NCBI GenBank assembly: GCA_964057225.1
Contig: OZ059899.1
Span: 19,964,001 to 20,028,000, forward strand
Length of the DNA stretch: 64,000 nucleotides
Source: Auanema rhodensis
Lineage: Eukaryota; Animalia; Nematoda
Direction: 5' to 3'
The position numbers were made by a program, and so were the translations under genes. The notes beneath the pieces were generated by a model. It was not told the DNA's origin. It worked only from the letters and a program-made list of their open reading frames with translations, and ran no database searches. Position 1 is the first letter of the stretch. Every line of letters starts with the position of its first letter. Shown here in pieces: positions 11,301-26,200 of this stretch.

Positions 11301-14300
11301 AAATCTGATAACACAGCTCGACGCAGCTTAAAAATCCGCATCGAATGCACTATACTACATTGAAAAACGCTTAATTCAAAAATTAGTTATGATCGTTTGA
11401 AAAATGATGCATTAGTGTATGTTGAGTTTCCATGTACACTCAACATTGCATCCAAAAACATTTTTACAAAAATTTTTCCGAAAAATTTCAAAATAATTTC
11501 GCAAAAAGTAGATGTTTTTAGATTCCTTTTTTTAAGGCAAAAACGATGGACAATGTTATTCAACGAAAAAATTAATTCTGCAGGGTGAAAATCGAGGATA
11601 TAAGTGTGAATTTATATCAGTTGATATCTCGGTGCATTTTCAAGCTAGCGCAAATCTGATAACACAGATCGACGCAGCTTAAAAATCCGCATCGAATGCA
11701 CTATACTACATTGAGAAACGCTTGATACAAAAATTAGTTATGATCGTTTGAAAAAAGATGCATTAGTGTATGTTGAGTTTCCATGTACACTCAACATTGC
11801 TTCCAAAAACATTTTTACAAAAATTTTTCCGAAAAATTTCAAAATAATTTCGCAAAAAGTAGATGTTTTTAGATTCCTTTTTTTAAGGCAAAAACGATGG
11901 ACAATGTAATTCAACGAAAAAATTAATTCTGCAGGGTGAAAATCGAGGATATAAGTGTGAATTTATATCAGTTGATATCTCGGTGCATTTTTAAGCTAGC
12001 GCAAATCTGATAACACAGATCGACGCAGCTTAAAAATCCGCATCGAATGCACTATACTACATTGAGAAACGCTTGATACAAAAATTAGTTATGATCGTTT
12101 GAAAAAAGATGCATTAGTGTATGTTGAGTTTCCATGTACACTCAACATTGCTTCCAAAAACATTTTGACAAAAATTTTTTCAAAAAATTTCAAAATAATT
12201 TCGCAAAAAGTAAATGTTTTTAGATTCCTTTCTCCAAGGCAAAGACGATGGACAATGTTATTCAACGAAAAAATTAATTCTGCAGGGTGAAAATCGAGGA
12301 TATAAGTGTGAACTTATATCAGTTGATATCTCGGTGCATTTTTAAGGTAGCGCAAATCTGATAACACAGATCGACGCAGCTTAAAAATCCGCATCGAATG
12401 CACTATACTACATTGAAAAACGCTTATACAAAAATTAGTTATGATCGTTTGAAAAAAGATGCATTAGTGTATGTTGAGTTTCCATGTACACTCAACATTG
12501 CTTCCAAAAACATTTTGACAAAAATTTTTCCGAAAAATTTCAAAATAATTTCGCAAAAAGTAGATGTTTTTAGATTCCTTTTTTCAAGGCAAAGACGATG
12601 GACATTGTTATTCAACGAAAAAATTGATTCTGCAGGGTGAAAATCGAGGATATAAGTGTGAACTTATATCAGTTGATATCTCGGTGCATTTTTAAGCTAG
12701 CGCAAATCTGATAACACAGCTCGACGCAGCTTAAAAATCCGCATCGAATGCACTATACTACATTGAAAAACGCTTAATTCAAAAATTAGTTATGATCGTT
12801 TGAAAAATGATGCATTAGTGTATGTTGAGTTTCCATGTACACTCAACATTGCATCCAAAAACATTTTTACAAAAATTTTTCCGAAAAATTTCAAAATAAT
12901 TTCGCAAAAAGTAGATGTTTTTAGATTCCTTTTTTAAGGCAAAAACGATGGACAATGTTATTCAACGAAAAAATTAATTCTGCAGGGTGAAAATCGAGGA
13001 TATAAGTGTGAATTTATATCAGTTGATATCTCGGTGCATTTTCAAGCTAGCGCAAATCTGATAACACAGATCGACGCAGCTTAAAAATCCGCATCGAATG
13101 CACTATACTACATTGAGAAACGCTTGATACAAAAATTAGTTATGATCGTTTGAAAAAAGATGCATTAGTGTATGTTGAGTTTCCATGTACACTCAACATT
13201 GCTTCCAAAAACATTTTGACAAAAATTTTTCCAAAAAATTTCAAAATAATTTCGCAAAAAGTAAATGTTTTTAGATTCCTTTCTCCAAGGCAAAGACGAT
13301 GGACAATGTTATTCAACGAAAAAATTAATTCTGCAGGGTGAAAATCGAGGATATAAGTGTGAACTTATATCAGTTGATATCTCGGTGCATTTTTAAGCTA
13401 GCGCAAATCTGATAACACAGATCGACGCAGCTTAAAAATCCGCATCGAATGCACTATACTACATTGAAAAACGCTTAATACAAAAATTAGTTATGATCGT
13501 TTGAAAAAAGATGCATTAGTGTATGTTGAGTTTCCATGTACACTCAACATTGCTTCCAAAAACATTTTTACAAAAATTTTTCCGAAAAATTTCAAAATAA
13601 TTTCGCAAAAAGTAGATGTTTTTAGATTCCTTTTTTTAAGGCAAAAACGATGGACAATGTTATTCAACGAAAAAATTAATTCTGCAGGGTGAAAATCGAG
13701 GATATAAGTGTGAATTTATATCAGTTGATATCTCGGTGCATTTTTAAGCTAGCGCAAATCTGATAACACAGATCGACGCAGCTTAAAAATCCGCATCGAA
13801 TGCACTATACTACATTGAGAAACGCTTGATACAAAAATTAGTTATGATCGTTTGAAAAAAGATGCATTAGTGTATGTTGAGTTTCCATGTACACTCAACA
13901 TTGCTTCCAAAAACATTTTGACAAAAATTTTTTCAAAAAATTTCAAAATAATTTCGCAAAAAGTAAATGTTTTTAGATTCCTTTCTCCAAGGCAAAGACG
14001 ATGGACAATGTTATTCAACGAAAAAATTAATTCTGCAGGGTGAAAATCGAGGATATAAGTGTGAACTTATATCAGTTGATATCTCGGTGCATTTTTAAGG
14101 TAGCGCAAATCTGATAACACAGATCGACGCAGCTTAAAAATCCGCATCGAATGCACTATACTACATTGAAAAACGCTTAATACAAAAATTAGTTATGATC
14201 GTTTGAGAAAAGATGCATTAGTGTATGTTGAGTTTCCATGTACACTCAACATTGCTTCCAAAAACATTTTGACAAAAATTTTTCCGAAAAATTTCAAAAT

Positions 14301-14339
14301 AATTTCGCAAAAAGTAGATGTTTTTAGATTCCTTTTTTC
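5353..14339. repeat. 14-monomer higher-order duplication (period 4912 = 14x351-2)
   Basis: Private markers repeat at +4912: CACTGT 5387/10299, TGTAAT 6996/11908, 1-bp deletions at ~7514/12426 and ~8020/12932, TTGAGA at ORFs 9291/14203. Confidence 0.93.
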
Positions 14340-17300
14340 AAGGCAAAGACGATGGACATTGTTATTCAACGAAAAAATTGATTCTGCAGGGTGAAAATCG
14401 AGGATATAAGTGTGAACTTATATCAGTTGATATCTCGGTGCATTTTTAAGCTAGCGCAAATCTAATAACACAGATCGACGCAGCTTAAAAATCCGCATCG
14501 AATGCACTATACAACATTGAGAAACGCTTAACACAAAAATTAGTTATGATCGTTTGAAAAATGATGCATTAGTGTATGTTGAGTTTCCATGTACACTCAA
14601 CATTGGTTCCAAAAACATTTTGAGAAAAATTTTTCCGAAAAATTTCGAAATAATTTCGCAAAAAGTAGATGTTTTCAGATTCCTTTTTTCAAGGCAAAGA
14701 CGATGGACATTGTTATTCAACGAAAAAATTGATTCTGCAGGGTGAAAATCGAGGATATAAGTGTGAACTTATATCAGTTGATATCTCGGTGCATTTTTAA
14801 GGTAGCGTAAATCTGATAACACAGATCGACGCAGCTTAAAAATCCGCATCGAATGCACTATACTACATTGAAAAACGCTTAATACAAAAATTAGTTATGA
14901 TCGTTTGAAAAAAGATGCATTAGTGTATGTTGAGTTTCCATGTACACTCAACATTGCTTCCAAAAACATTTTGACAAAAATTTTTCCGAAAAATTTCAAA
15001 ATAATTTCGCAAAAAGTAGATGTTTTTAGATTCCTTTTTTCAAGGCAAAGACGATGGACATTGTTATTCAACGAAAAAATTGATTCTGCAGGGTGAAAAT
15101 CGAGGATATAAGTGTGAACTTATATCAGTTGATATCTCGGTGCATTTTTAAGCTAGCGCAAATCTAATAACACAGATCGACGCAGCTTAAAAATCCGCAT
15201 CGAATGCACTATACAACATTGAGAAACGCTTAACACAAAAATTAGTTATGATCGTTTGAAAAAAGATGCATTAGTGTATGTTGAGTTTCCATGTACACTC
15301 AACATTGGTTCCAAAAACATTTTGACAAAAATTTTTCCGAAAAATTTCAAAATAATTTCGCAAAAAGTAGATGTTTTTAGATTCCTTTTTTTAAGGCAAA
15401 AACGATGGACAATGTTATTCAACGAAAAAATTAATTCTGCAGGGTGAAAATCGAGGATATAAGTGTGAATTTATATCAGTTGATATCTCGGTGCATTTTC
15501 AAGCTAGCGCAAATCTGATAACACAGATCGACGCAGCTTAAAAATCCGCATCGAATGCACTATACTACATTGAGAAACGCTTGATACAAAAATTAGTTAT
15601 GATCGTTTGAAAAAAGATGCATTAGTGTATGTTGAGTTTCCATGTACACTCAACATTGCTTCCAAAAACATTTTTACAAAAATTTTTCCGAAAAATTTCA
15701 AAATAATTTCGCAAAAAGTAGATGTTTTTAGATTCCTTTTTTTAAGGCAAAAACGATGGACAATGTTATTCAACGAAAAAATTAATTCTGCAGGGTGAAA
15801 ATCGAGGATATAAGTGTGAATTTATATCAGTTGATATCTCGGTGCATTTTCAAGCTAGCGCAAATCTGATAACACAGATCGACGCAGCTTAAAAATCCGC
15901 ATCGAATGCACTATACTACATTGAGAAACGCTTGATACAAAAATTAGTTATGATCGTTTGAAAAAAGATGCATTAGTGTATGTTGAGTTTCCATGTACAC
16001 TCAACATTGCTTCCAAAAACATTTTTACAAAAATTTTTCCGAAAAATTTCAAAATAATTTCGCAAAAAGTAGATGTTTTTAGATTCCTTTTTTTAAGGCA
16101 AAAACGATGGACAATGTTATTCAACGAAAAAATTAATTCTGCAGGGTGAAAATCGAGGATATAAGTGTGAACTTATATCAGTTGATATCTCGGTGCATTT
16201 TTAAGGTAGCGCAAATCTGATAACACAGATCGACGCAGCTTAAAAATCCGCATCGAATGCACTATACAACATTGAGAAACGCTTAACACAAAAATTAGTT
16301 ATAATCGTTTGAAAAATGATGCATTAGTGTATGTTGAGTTTCCATGTACACTCAACATTGCTTCCAAAAACATTTTGACAAAAATTTTTCCGGAAAATTT
16401 CGAAATAATTTCGCAAAAAGTAGATGTTTTCAGATTCCTTTTTTCAAGGCAAAGACGATGGACATTGTTATTCAACGAAAAAATTGATTCTGCAGGGTGA
16501 AAATCGAGGATATAAGTGTGAACTTATATCAGTTGATATCTCGGTGCATTTTTAAGCTAGCGCAAATCTGATAACACAGCTCGACGCAGCTTAAAAATCC
16601 GCATCGAATGCACTATACTACATTGAAAAACGCTTAATTCAAAAATTAGTTATGATCGTTTGAAAAATGATGCATTAGTGTATGTTGAGTTTCCATGTAC
16701 ACTCAACATTGCATCCAAAAACATTTTTACAAAAATTTTTCCGAAAAATTTCAAAATAATTTCGCAAAAAGTAGATGTTTTTAGATTCCTTTTTTTAAGG
16801 CAAAAACGATGGACAATGTTATTCAACGAAAAAATTAATTCTGCAGGGTGAAAATCGAGGATATAAGTGTGAATTTATATCAGTTGATATCTCGGTGCAT
16901 TTTCAAGCTAGCGCAAATCTGATAACACAGATCGACGCAGCTTAAAAATCCGCATCGAATGCACTATACTACATTGAGAAACGCTTGATACAAAAATTAG
17001 TTATGATCGTTTGAAAAAAGATGCATTAGTGTATGTTGAGTTTCCATGTACACTCAACATTGCTTCCAAAAACATTTTGACAAAAATTTTTCCAAAAAAT
17101 TTCAAAATAATTTCGCAAAAAGTAAATGTTTTTAGATTCCTTTCTCCAAGGCAAAGACGATGGACAATGTTATTCAACGAAAAAATTAATTCTGCAGGGT
17201 GAAAATCGAGGATATAAGTGTGAACTTATATCAGTTGATATCTCGGTGCATTTTTAAGGTAGCGCAAATCTGATAACACAGATCGACGCAGCTTAAAAAT

Positions 17301-20300
17301 CCGCATCGAATGCACTATACTACATTGAAAAACGCTTAATACAAAAATTAGTTATGATCGTTTGAAAAAAGATGCATTAGTGTATGTTGAGTTTCCATGT
17401 ACACTCAACATTGCTTCCAAAAACATTTTGACAAAAATTTTTCCGAAAAATTTCAAAATAATTTCGCAAAAAGTAGATGTTTTTAGATTCCTTTTTTCAA
17501 GGCAAAGACGATGGACATTGTTATTCAACGGAAAAATTGATTCTGCAGGGTGAAAATCGAGGATATAAGTGTGAACTTATATCAGTTGATATCTCGGTGC
17601 ATTTTTAAGCTAGCGCAAATCTAATAACACAGATCGACGCAGCTTAAAAATCCGCATCGAATGCACTATACAACATTGAGAAACGCTTAACACAAAAATT
17701 AGTTATGATCGTTTGAAAAATGATGCATTAGTGTATGTTGAGTTTCCATGTACACTCAACATTGGTTCCAAAAACATTTTGAGAAAAATTTTTCCGAAAA
17801 ATTTCGAAATAATTTCGCAAAAAGTAGATGTTTTCAGATTCCTTTTTTCAAGGCAAAGACGATGGACATTGTTATTCAACGAAAAAATTGATTCTGCAGG
17901 GTGAAAATCGAGGATATAAGTGTGAACTTATATCAGTTGATATCTCGGTGCATTTTTAAGGTAGCGCAAATCTGATAACACAGATCGACGCAGCTTAAAA
18001 ATCCGCATCGAATGCACTATACTACATTGAAAAACGCTTAATACAAAAATTAGTTATGATCGTTTGAAAAAAGATGCATTAGTGTATGTTGAGTTTCCAT
18101 GTACACTCAACATTGCTTCCAAAAACATTTTGACAAAAATTTTTCCGAAAAATTTCAAAATAATTTCGCAAAAAGTAGATGTTTTTAGTTTCCTTTTTTC
18201 AAGGCAAAGACGATGGACATTGTTATTCAACGAAAAAATTGATTCTGCAGGGTGAAAATCGAGGATATAAGTGTGAACTTATATCAGTTGATATCTCGGT
18301 GCATTTTTAAGCTAGCGCAAATCCAATAACACAGATCGACGCAGCTTAAAAATCCGCATCGAATGCACTATACAACATTGAGAAACGCTTAACACAAAAA
18401 TAAGTTATGATCGTTTGAAAAATGATGCATTAGTGTATGTTGAGTTTCCATGTACACTCAACATTGGTTCCAAAAACATTTTGACAAAAATTTTTCCGAA
18501 AAATTTCGAAATAATTTCGCAAAAAGTAGATGTTTTCAGATTCCTTTTTTCAAGGCAAAGACGATGGACATTGTTATTCAACGAAAAAATTGATTCTGCA
18601 GGGTGAAAATCGAGGATATAAGTGTGAACTTATATCAGTTGATATCTCGGTGCATTTTTAAGCTAACGCAAATCTAATAACACAGATCGACGCAGCTTAA
18701 AAATCCGCATCGAATGCACTATACAACATTGAGAAACGCTTAATACAAAAATAAGTTATAATCGTTTGAAAAATGATGCATTAGTGTATGTTGAGTTTCC
18801 ATGTACACTCAACATTGCTTCCAAAAACATTTTGACAAAAATTTTTCCGAAAAATTTCGGAATAATTTCGCAAAAAGTAGATGTTTTCAGATTCCTTTTT
18901 TCAAGGCAAAGACGATGGACATTGTTATTCAACGAAAAAATTGATTCTGCAGGGTGAAAATCGAGGATATAAGTGTGAACTTATATCAGTTGATATCTCG
19001 GTGCATTTTTAAGCTAGCGCAAATCCAATAACACAGATCGACGCAGCTTAAAAATCCGCATCGAATGCACTATACAACATTGAGAAACGCTTAACACAAA
19101 AATAAGTTATGATCGTTTGAAAAATGATGCATTAGTGTATGTTGAGTTTCCATGTACACTCAACATTGCTTCCAAAAACATTTTTACAAAAATTTTTCCG
19201 AAAAATTTCAAAATAATTTCGCAAAAAGTAGATGTTTTTAGATTCCTTTTTTTAAGGCAAAAACGATGGACAATGTTATTCAACGAAAAAATTAATTCTG
19301 CAGGGTGAAAATCGAGGATATAAGTGTGAATTTATATCAGTTGATATCTCGGTGCATTTTTAAGCTAGCGCAAATCTGATAACACAGATCGACGCAGCTT
19401 AAAAATCCGCATCGAATGCACTATACTACATTGAAAAACGCTTAATACAAAAATTAGTTATGATCGTTTGAAAAAAGATGCATTAGTGTATGTTGAGTTT
19501 CCATGTACACTCAACATTGCTTCCAAAAACATTTTGACAAAAATTTTTCCAAAAAATTTCAAAATAATTTCGCAAAAAGTAAATGTTTTTAGATTCCTTT
19601 CTCCAAGGCAAAGACGATGGACAATGTTATTCAACGAAAAAATTAATTCTGCAGGGTGAAAATCGAGGATATAAGTGTGAACTTATATCAGTTGATATCT
19701 CGGTGCATTTTTAAGCTAGCGCAAATCTGATAACACAGATCGACGCAGCTTAAAAATCCGCATCGAATGCACTATACTACATTGAAAAACGCTTAATACA
19801 AAAATTAGTTATGATCGTTTGAAAAAAGATGCATTAGTGTATGTTGAGTTTCCATGTACACTCAACATTGCTTCCAAAAACATTTTGACAAAAATTTTTC
19901 CGAAAAATTTCAAAATAATTTCGCAAAAAGTAGATGTTTTTAGATTCCTTTTTTCAAGGCAAAGACGATGGACATTGTTATTCAACGAAAAAATTGATTC
20001 TGCAGGGTGAAAATCGAGGATATAAGTGTGAACTTATATCAGTTGATATCTCGGTGCATTTTTAAGCTAGCGCAAATCTAATAACACAGATCGACGCAGC
20101 TTAAAAATCCGCATCGAATGCACTATACAACATTGAGAAACGCTTAACACAAAAATTAGTTATGATCGTTTGAAAAATGATGCATTAGTGTATGTTGAGT
20201 TTCCATGTACACTCAACATTGCTTCCAAAAACATTTTTACAAAAATTTTTCCGGAAAATTTCGAAATAATTTCACAAAAAGTAGATGTTTTCAGATTCCT

Positions 20301-23229
20301 TTTTTCAAGGCAAAGACGATGGACATTGTTATTCAACGAAAAAATTGATTCTGCAGGGTGAAAATCGAGGATATAAGTGTGAATTTATATCAGTTGATAT
20401 CTCGGTGCATTTTCAAGCTAGCGCAAATCTGATAACACAGATCGACGCAGCTTAAAAATCCGCATCGAATGCACTATACAACATTGAGAAACGCTTAACA
20501 CAAAAATTAGTTATAATCGTTTGAAAAATGATGCATTAGTGTATGTTGAGTTTCCATGTACACTCAACATTGCTTCCAAAAACATTTTGACAAAAATTTT
20601 TCCGGAAAATTTCGAAATAATTTCGCAAAAAGTAGATGTTTTCAGATTCCTTTTTTCAAGGCAAAGACGATGGACATTGTTATTCAACGAAAAAATTGAT
20701 TCTGCAGGGTGAAAATCGAGGATATAAGTGTGAACTTATATCAGTTGATATCTCGGTGCATTTTTAAGCTAGCGCAAATCTGATAACACAGCTCGACGCA
20801 GCTTAAAAATCCGCATCGAATGCACTATACTACATTGAAAAACGCTTAATTCAAAAATTAGTTATGATCGTTTGAAAAATGATGCATTAGTGTATGTTGA
20901 GTTTCCATGTACACTCAACATTGCATCCAAAAACATTTTTACAAAAATTTTTCCGAAAAATTTCAAAATAATTTCGCAAAAAGTAGATGTTTTTAGATTC
21001 CTTTTTTTAAGGCAAAAACGATGGACAATGTTATTCAACGAAAAAATTAATTCTGCAGGGTGAAAATCGAGGATATAAGTGTGAATTTATATCAGTTGAT
21101 ATCTCGGTGCATTTTCAAGCTAGCGCAAATCTGATAACACAGATCGACGCAGCTTAAAAATCCGCATCGAATGCACTATACTACATTGAGAAACGCTTGA
21201 TACAAAAATTAGTTATGATCGTTTGAAAAAAGATGCATTAGTGTATGTTGAGTTTCCATGTACACTCAACATTGCTTCCAAAAACATTTTGACAAAAATT
21301 TTTCCAAAAAATTTCAAAATAATTTCGCAAAAAGTAAATGTTTTTAGATTCCTTTCTCCAAGGCAAAGACGATGGACAATGTTATTCAACGAAAAAATTA
21401 ATTCTGCAGGGTGAAAATCGAGGATATAAGTGTGAACTTATATCAGTTGATATCTCGGTGCATTTTTAAGGTAGCGCAAATCTGATAACACAGATCGACG
21501 CAGCTTAAAAATCCGCATCGAATGCACTATACTACATTGAAAAACGCTTAATACAAAAATTAGTTATGATCGTTTGAAAAAAGATGCATTAGTGTATGTT
21601 GAGTTTCCATGTACACTCAACATTGCTTCCAAAAACATTTTGACAAAAATTTTTCCGAAAAATTTCAAAATAATTTCGCAAAAAGTAGATGTTTTTAGAT
21701 TCCTTTTTTCAAGGCAAAGACGATGGACATTGTTATTCAACGAAAAAATTGATTCTGCAGGGTGAAAATCGAGGATATAAGTGTGAACTTATATCAGTTG
21801 ATATCTCGGTGCATTTTTAAGGTAGCGCAAATCTGATAACACAGATCGACGCAGCTTAAAAATCCGCATCGAATGCACTATACTACATTGAGAAACGCTT
21901 GATACAAAAATTAGTTATGATCGTTTGAAAAAAGATGCATTAGTGTATGTTGAGTTTCCATGTACACTCAACATTGCTTCCAAAAACATTTTGACAAAAA
22001 TTTTTCCAAAAAATTTCAAAATAATTTCGCAAAAAGTAAATGTTTTTAGATTCCTTTCTCCAAGGCAAAGACGATGGACAATGTTATTCAACGAAAAAAT
22101 TAATTCTGCAGGGTGAAAATCGAGGATATAAGTGTGAACTTATATCAGTTGATATCTCGGTGCATTTTTAAGGTAGCGCAAATCTGATAACACAGATCGA
22201 CGCAGCTTAAAAATCCGCATCGAATGCACTATACTACATTGAAAAACGCTTAATACAAAAATTAGTTATGATCGTTTGAAAAAAGATGCATTAGTGTATG
22301 TTGAGTTTCCATGTACACTCAACATTGCTTCCAAAAACATTTTGACAAAAATTTTTCCGAAAAATTTCAAAATAATTTCGCAAAAAGTAGATGTTTTTAG
22401 ATTCCTTTTTTCAAGGCAAAGACGATGGACATTGTTATTCAACGAAAAAATTGATTCTGCAGGGTGAAAATCGAGGATATAAGTGTGAACTTATATCAGT
22501 TGATATCTCGGTGCATTTTTAAGGTAGCGCAAATCTGATAACACAGATCGACGCAGCTTAAAAATCCGCATCGAATGCACTATACTACATTGAAAAACGC
22601 TTAATACAAAAATTAGTTATGATCGTTTGAAAAAAGATGCATTAGTGTATGTTGAGTTTCCATGTACACTCAACATTGCTTCCAAAAACATTTTGACAAA
22701 AATTTTTCCGAAAAATTTCAAAATAATTTCGCAAAAAGTAGATGTTTTTAGATTCCTTTTTTCAAGGCAAAGACGATGGACATTGTTATTCAACGAAAAA
22801 ATTGATTCTGCAGGGTGAAAATCGAGGATATAAGTGTGAACTTATATCAGTTGATATCTCGGTGCATTTTTAAGGTAGCGCAAATCTGATAACACAGATC
22901 GACGCAGCTTAAAAATCCGCATCGAATGCACTATACTACATTGAGAAACGCTTGATACAAAAATTAGTTATGATCGTTTGAAAAAAGATGCATTAGTGTA
23001 TGTTGAGTTTCCATGTACACTCAACATTGCTTCCAAAAACATTTTGACAAAAATTTTTCCAAAAAATTTCAAAATAATTTCGCAAAAAGTAAATGTTTTT
23101 AGATTCCTTTCTCCAAGGCAAAGACGATGGACAATGTTATTCAACGAAAAAATTAATTCTGCAGGGTGAAAATCGAGGATATAAGTGTGAACTTATATCA
23201 GTTGATATCTCGGTGCATTTTTAAGGTAG

Positions 23230-26200
23230 CGCAAATCTGATAACACAGATCGACGCAGCTTAAAAATCCGCATCGAATGCACTATACTACATTGAAAAAC
23301 GCTTAATACAAAAATTAGTTATGATCGTTTGAAAAAAGATGCATTAGTGTATGTTGAGTTTCCATGTACACTCAACATTGCTTCCAAAAACATTTTGACA
23401 AAAATTTTTCCGAAAAATTTCAAAATAATTTCGCAAAAAGTAGATGTTTTTAGATTCCTTTTTTCAAGGCAAAGACGATGGACATTGTTATTCAACGAAA
23501 AAATTGATTCTGCAGGGTGAAAATCGAGGATATAAGTGTGAACTTATATCAGTTGATATCTCGGTGCATTTTTAAGCTAGCGCAAATCTAATAACACAGA
23601 TCGACGCAGCTTAAAAATCCGCATCGAATGCACTATACAACATTGAGAAACGCTTAACACAAAAATTAGTTATGATCGTTTGAAAAATGATGCATTAGTG
23701 TATGTTGAGTTTCCATGTACACTCAACATTGCTTCCAAAAACATTTTTACAAAAATTTTTCCGGAAAATTTCGAAATAATTTCACAAAAAGTAGATGTTT
23801 TCAGATTCCTTTTTTCAAGGCAAAGACGATGGACATTGTTATTCAACGAAAAAATTGATTCTGCAGGGTGAAAATCGAGGATATAAGTGTGAATTTATAT
23901 CAGTTGATATCTCGGTGCATTTTCAAGCTAGCGCAAATCTGATAACACAGATCGACGCAGCTTAAAAATCCGCATCGAATGCACTATACAACATTGAGAA
24001 ACGCTTAACACAAAAATTAGTTATAATCGTTTGAAAAATGATGCATTAGTGTATGTTGAGTTTCCATGTACACTCAACATTGCTTCCAAAAACATTTTGA
24101 CAAAAATTTTTCCGGAAAATTTCGAAATAATTTCGCAAAAAGTAGATGTTTTCAGATTCCTTTTTTCAAGGCAAAGACGATGGACATTGTTATTCAACGA
24201 AAAAATTGATTCTGCAGGGTGAAAATCGAGGATATAAGTGTGAACTTATATCAGTTGATATCTCGGTGCATTTTTAAGCTAGCGCAAATCTGATAACACA
24301 GCTCGACGCAGCTTAAAAATCCGCATCGAATGCACTATACTACATTGAAAAACGCTTAATTCAAAAATTAGTTATGATCGTTTGAAAAATGATGCATTAG
24401 TGTATGTTGAGTTTCCATGTACACTCAACATTGCATCCAAAAACATTTTTACAAAAATTTTTCCGAAAAATTTCAAAATAATTTCGCAAAAAGTAGATGT
24501 TTTTAGATTCCTTTTTTTAAGGCAAAAACGATGGACAATGTTATTCAACGAAAAAATTAATTCTGCAGGGTGAAAATCGAGGATATAAGTGTGAATTTAT
24601 ATCAGTTGATATCTCGGTGCATTTTCAAGCTAGCGCAAATCTGATAACACAGATCGACGCAGCTTAAAAATCCGCATCGAATGCACTATACTACATTGAG
24701 AAACGCTTGATACAAAAATTAGTTATGATCGTTTGAAAAAAGATGCATTAGTGTATGTTGAGTTTCCATGTACACTCAACATTGCTTCCAAAAACATTTT
24801 GACAAAAATTTTTCCAAAAAATTTCAAAATAATTTCGCAAAAAGTAAATGTTTTTAGATTCCTTTCTCCAAGGCAAAGACGATGGACAATGTTATTCAAC
24901 GAAAAAATTAATTCTGCAGGGTGAAAATCGAGGATATAAGTGTGAACTTATATCAGTTGATATCTCGGTGCATTTTTAAGGTAGCGCAAATCTGATAACA
25001 CAGATCGACGCAGCTTAAAAATCCGCATCGAATGCACTATACTACATTGAAAAACGCTTAATACAAAAATTAGTTATGATCGTTTGAAAAAAGATGCATT
25101 AGTGTATGTTGAGTTTCCATGTACACTCAACATTGCTTCCAAAAACATTTTGACAAAAATTTTTCCGAAAAATTTCAAAATAATTTCGCAAAAAGTAGAT
25201 GTTTTTAGATTCCTTTTTTCAAGGCAAAGACGATGGACATTGTTATTCAACGGAAAAATTGATTCTGCAGGGTGAAAATCGAGGATATAAGTGTGAACTT
25301 ATATCAGTTGATATCTCGGTGCATTTTTAAGCTAGCGCAAATCTAATAACACAGATCGACGCAGCTTAAAAATCCGCATCGAATGCACTATACAACATTG
25401 AGAAACGCTTAACACAAAAATTAGTTATGATCGTTTGAAAAATGATGCATTAGTGTATGTTGAGTTTCCATGTACACTCAACATTGGTTCCAAAAACATT
25501 TTGAGAAAAATTTTTCCGAAAAATTTCGAAATAATTTCGCAAAAAGTAGATGTTTTCAGATTCCTTTTTTCAAGGCAAAGACGATGGACATTGTTATTCA
25601 ACGAAAAAATTGATTCTGCAGGGTGAAAATCGAGGATATAAGTGTGAACTTATATCAGTTGATATCTCGGTGCATTTTTAAGGTAGCGCAAATCTGATAA
25701 CACAGATCGACGCAGCTTAAAAATCCGCATCGAATGCACTATACTACATTGAAAAACGCTTAATACAAAAATTAGTTATGATCGTTTGAAAAAAGATGCA
25801 TTAGTGTATGTTGAGTTTCCATGTACACTCAACATTGCTTCCAAAAACATTTTGACAAAAATTTTTCCGAAAAATTTCAAAATAATTTCGCAAAAAGTAG
25901 ATGTTTTTAGTTTCCTTTTTTCAAGGCAAAGACGATGGACATTGTTATTCAACGAAAAAATTGATTCTGCAGGGTGAAAATCGAGGATATAAGTGTGAAC
26001 TTATATCAGTTGATATCTCGGTGCATTTTTAAGCTAGCGCAAATCTAATAACACAGATCGACGCAGCTTAAAAATCCGCATCGAATGCACTATACAACAT
26101 TGAGAAACGCTTAACACAAAAATAAGTTATGATCGTTTGAAAAATGATGCATTAGTGTATGTTGAGTTTCCATGTACACTCAACATTGGTTCCAAAAACA

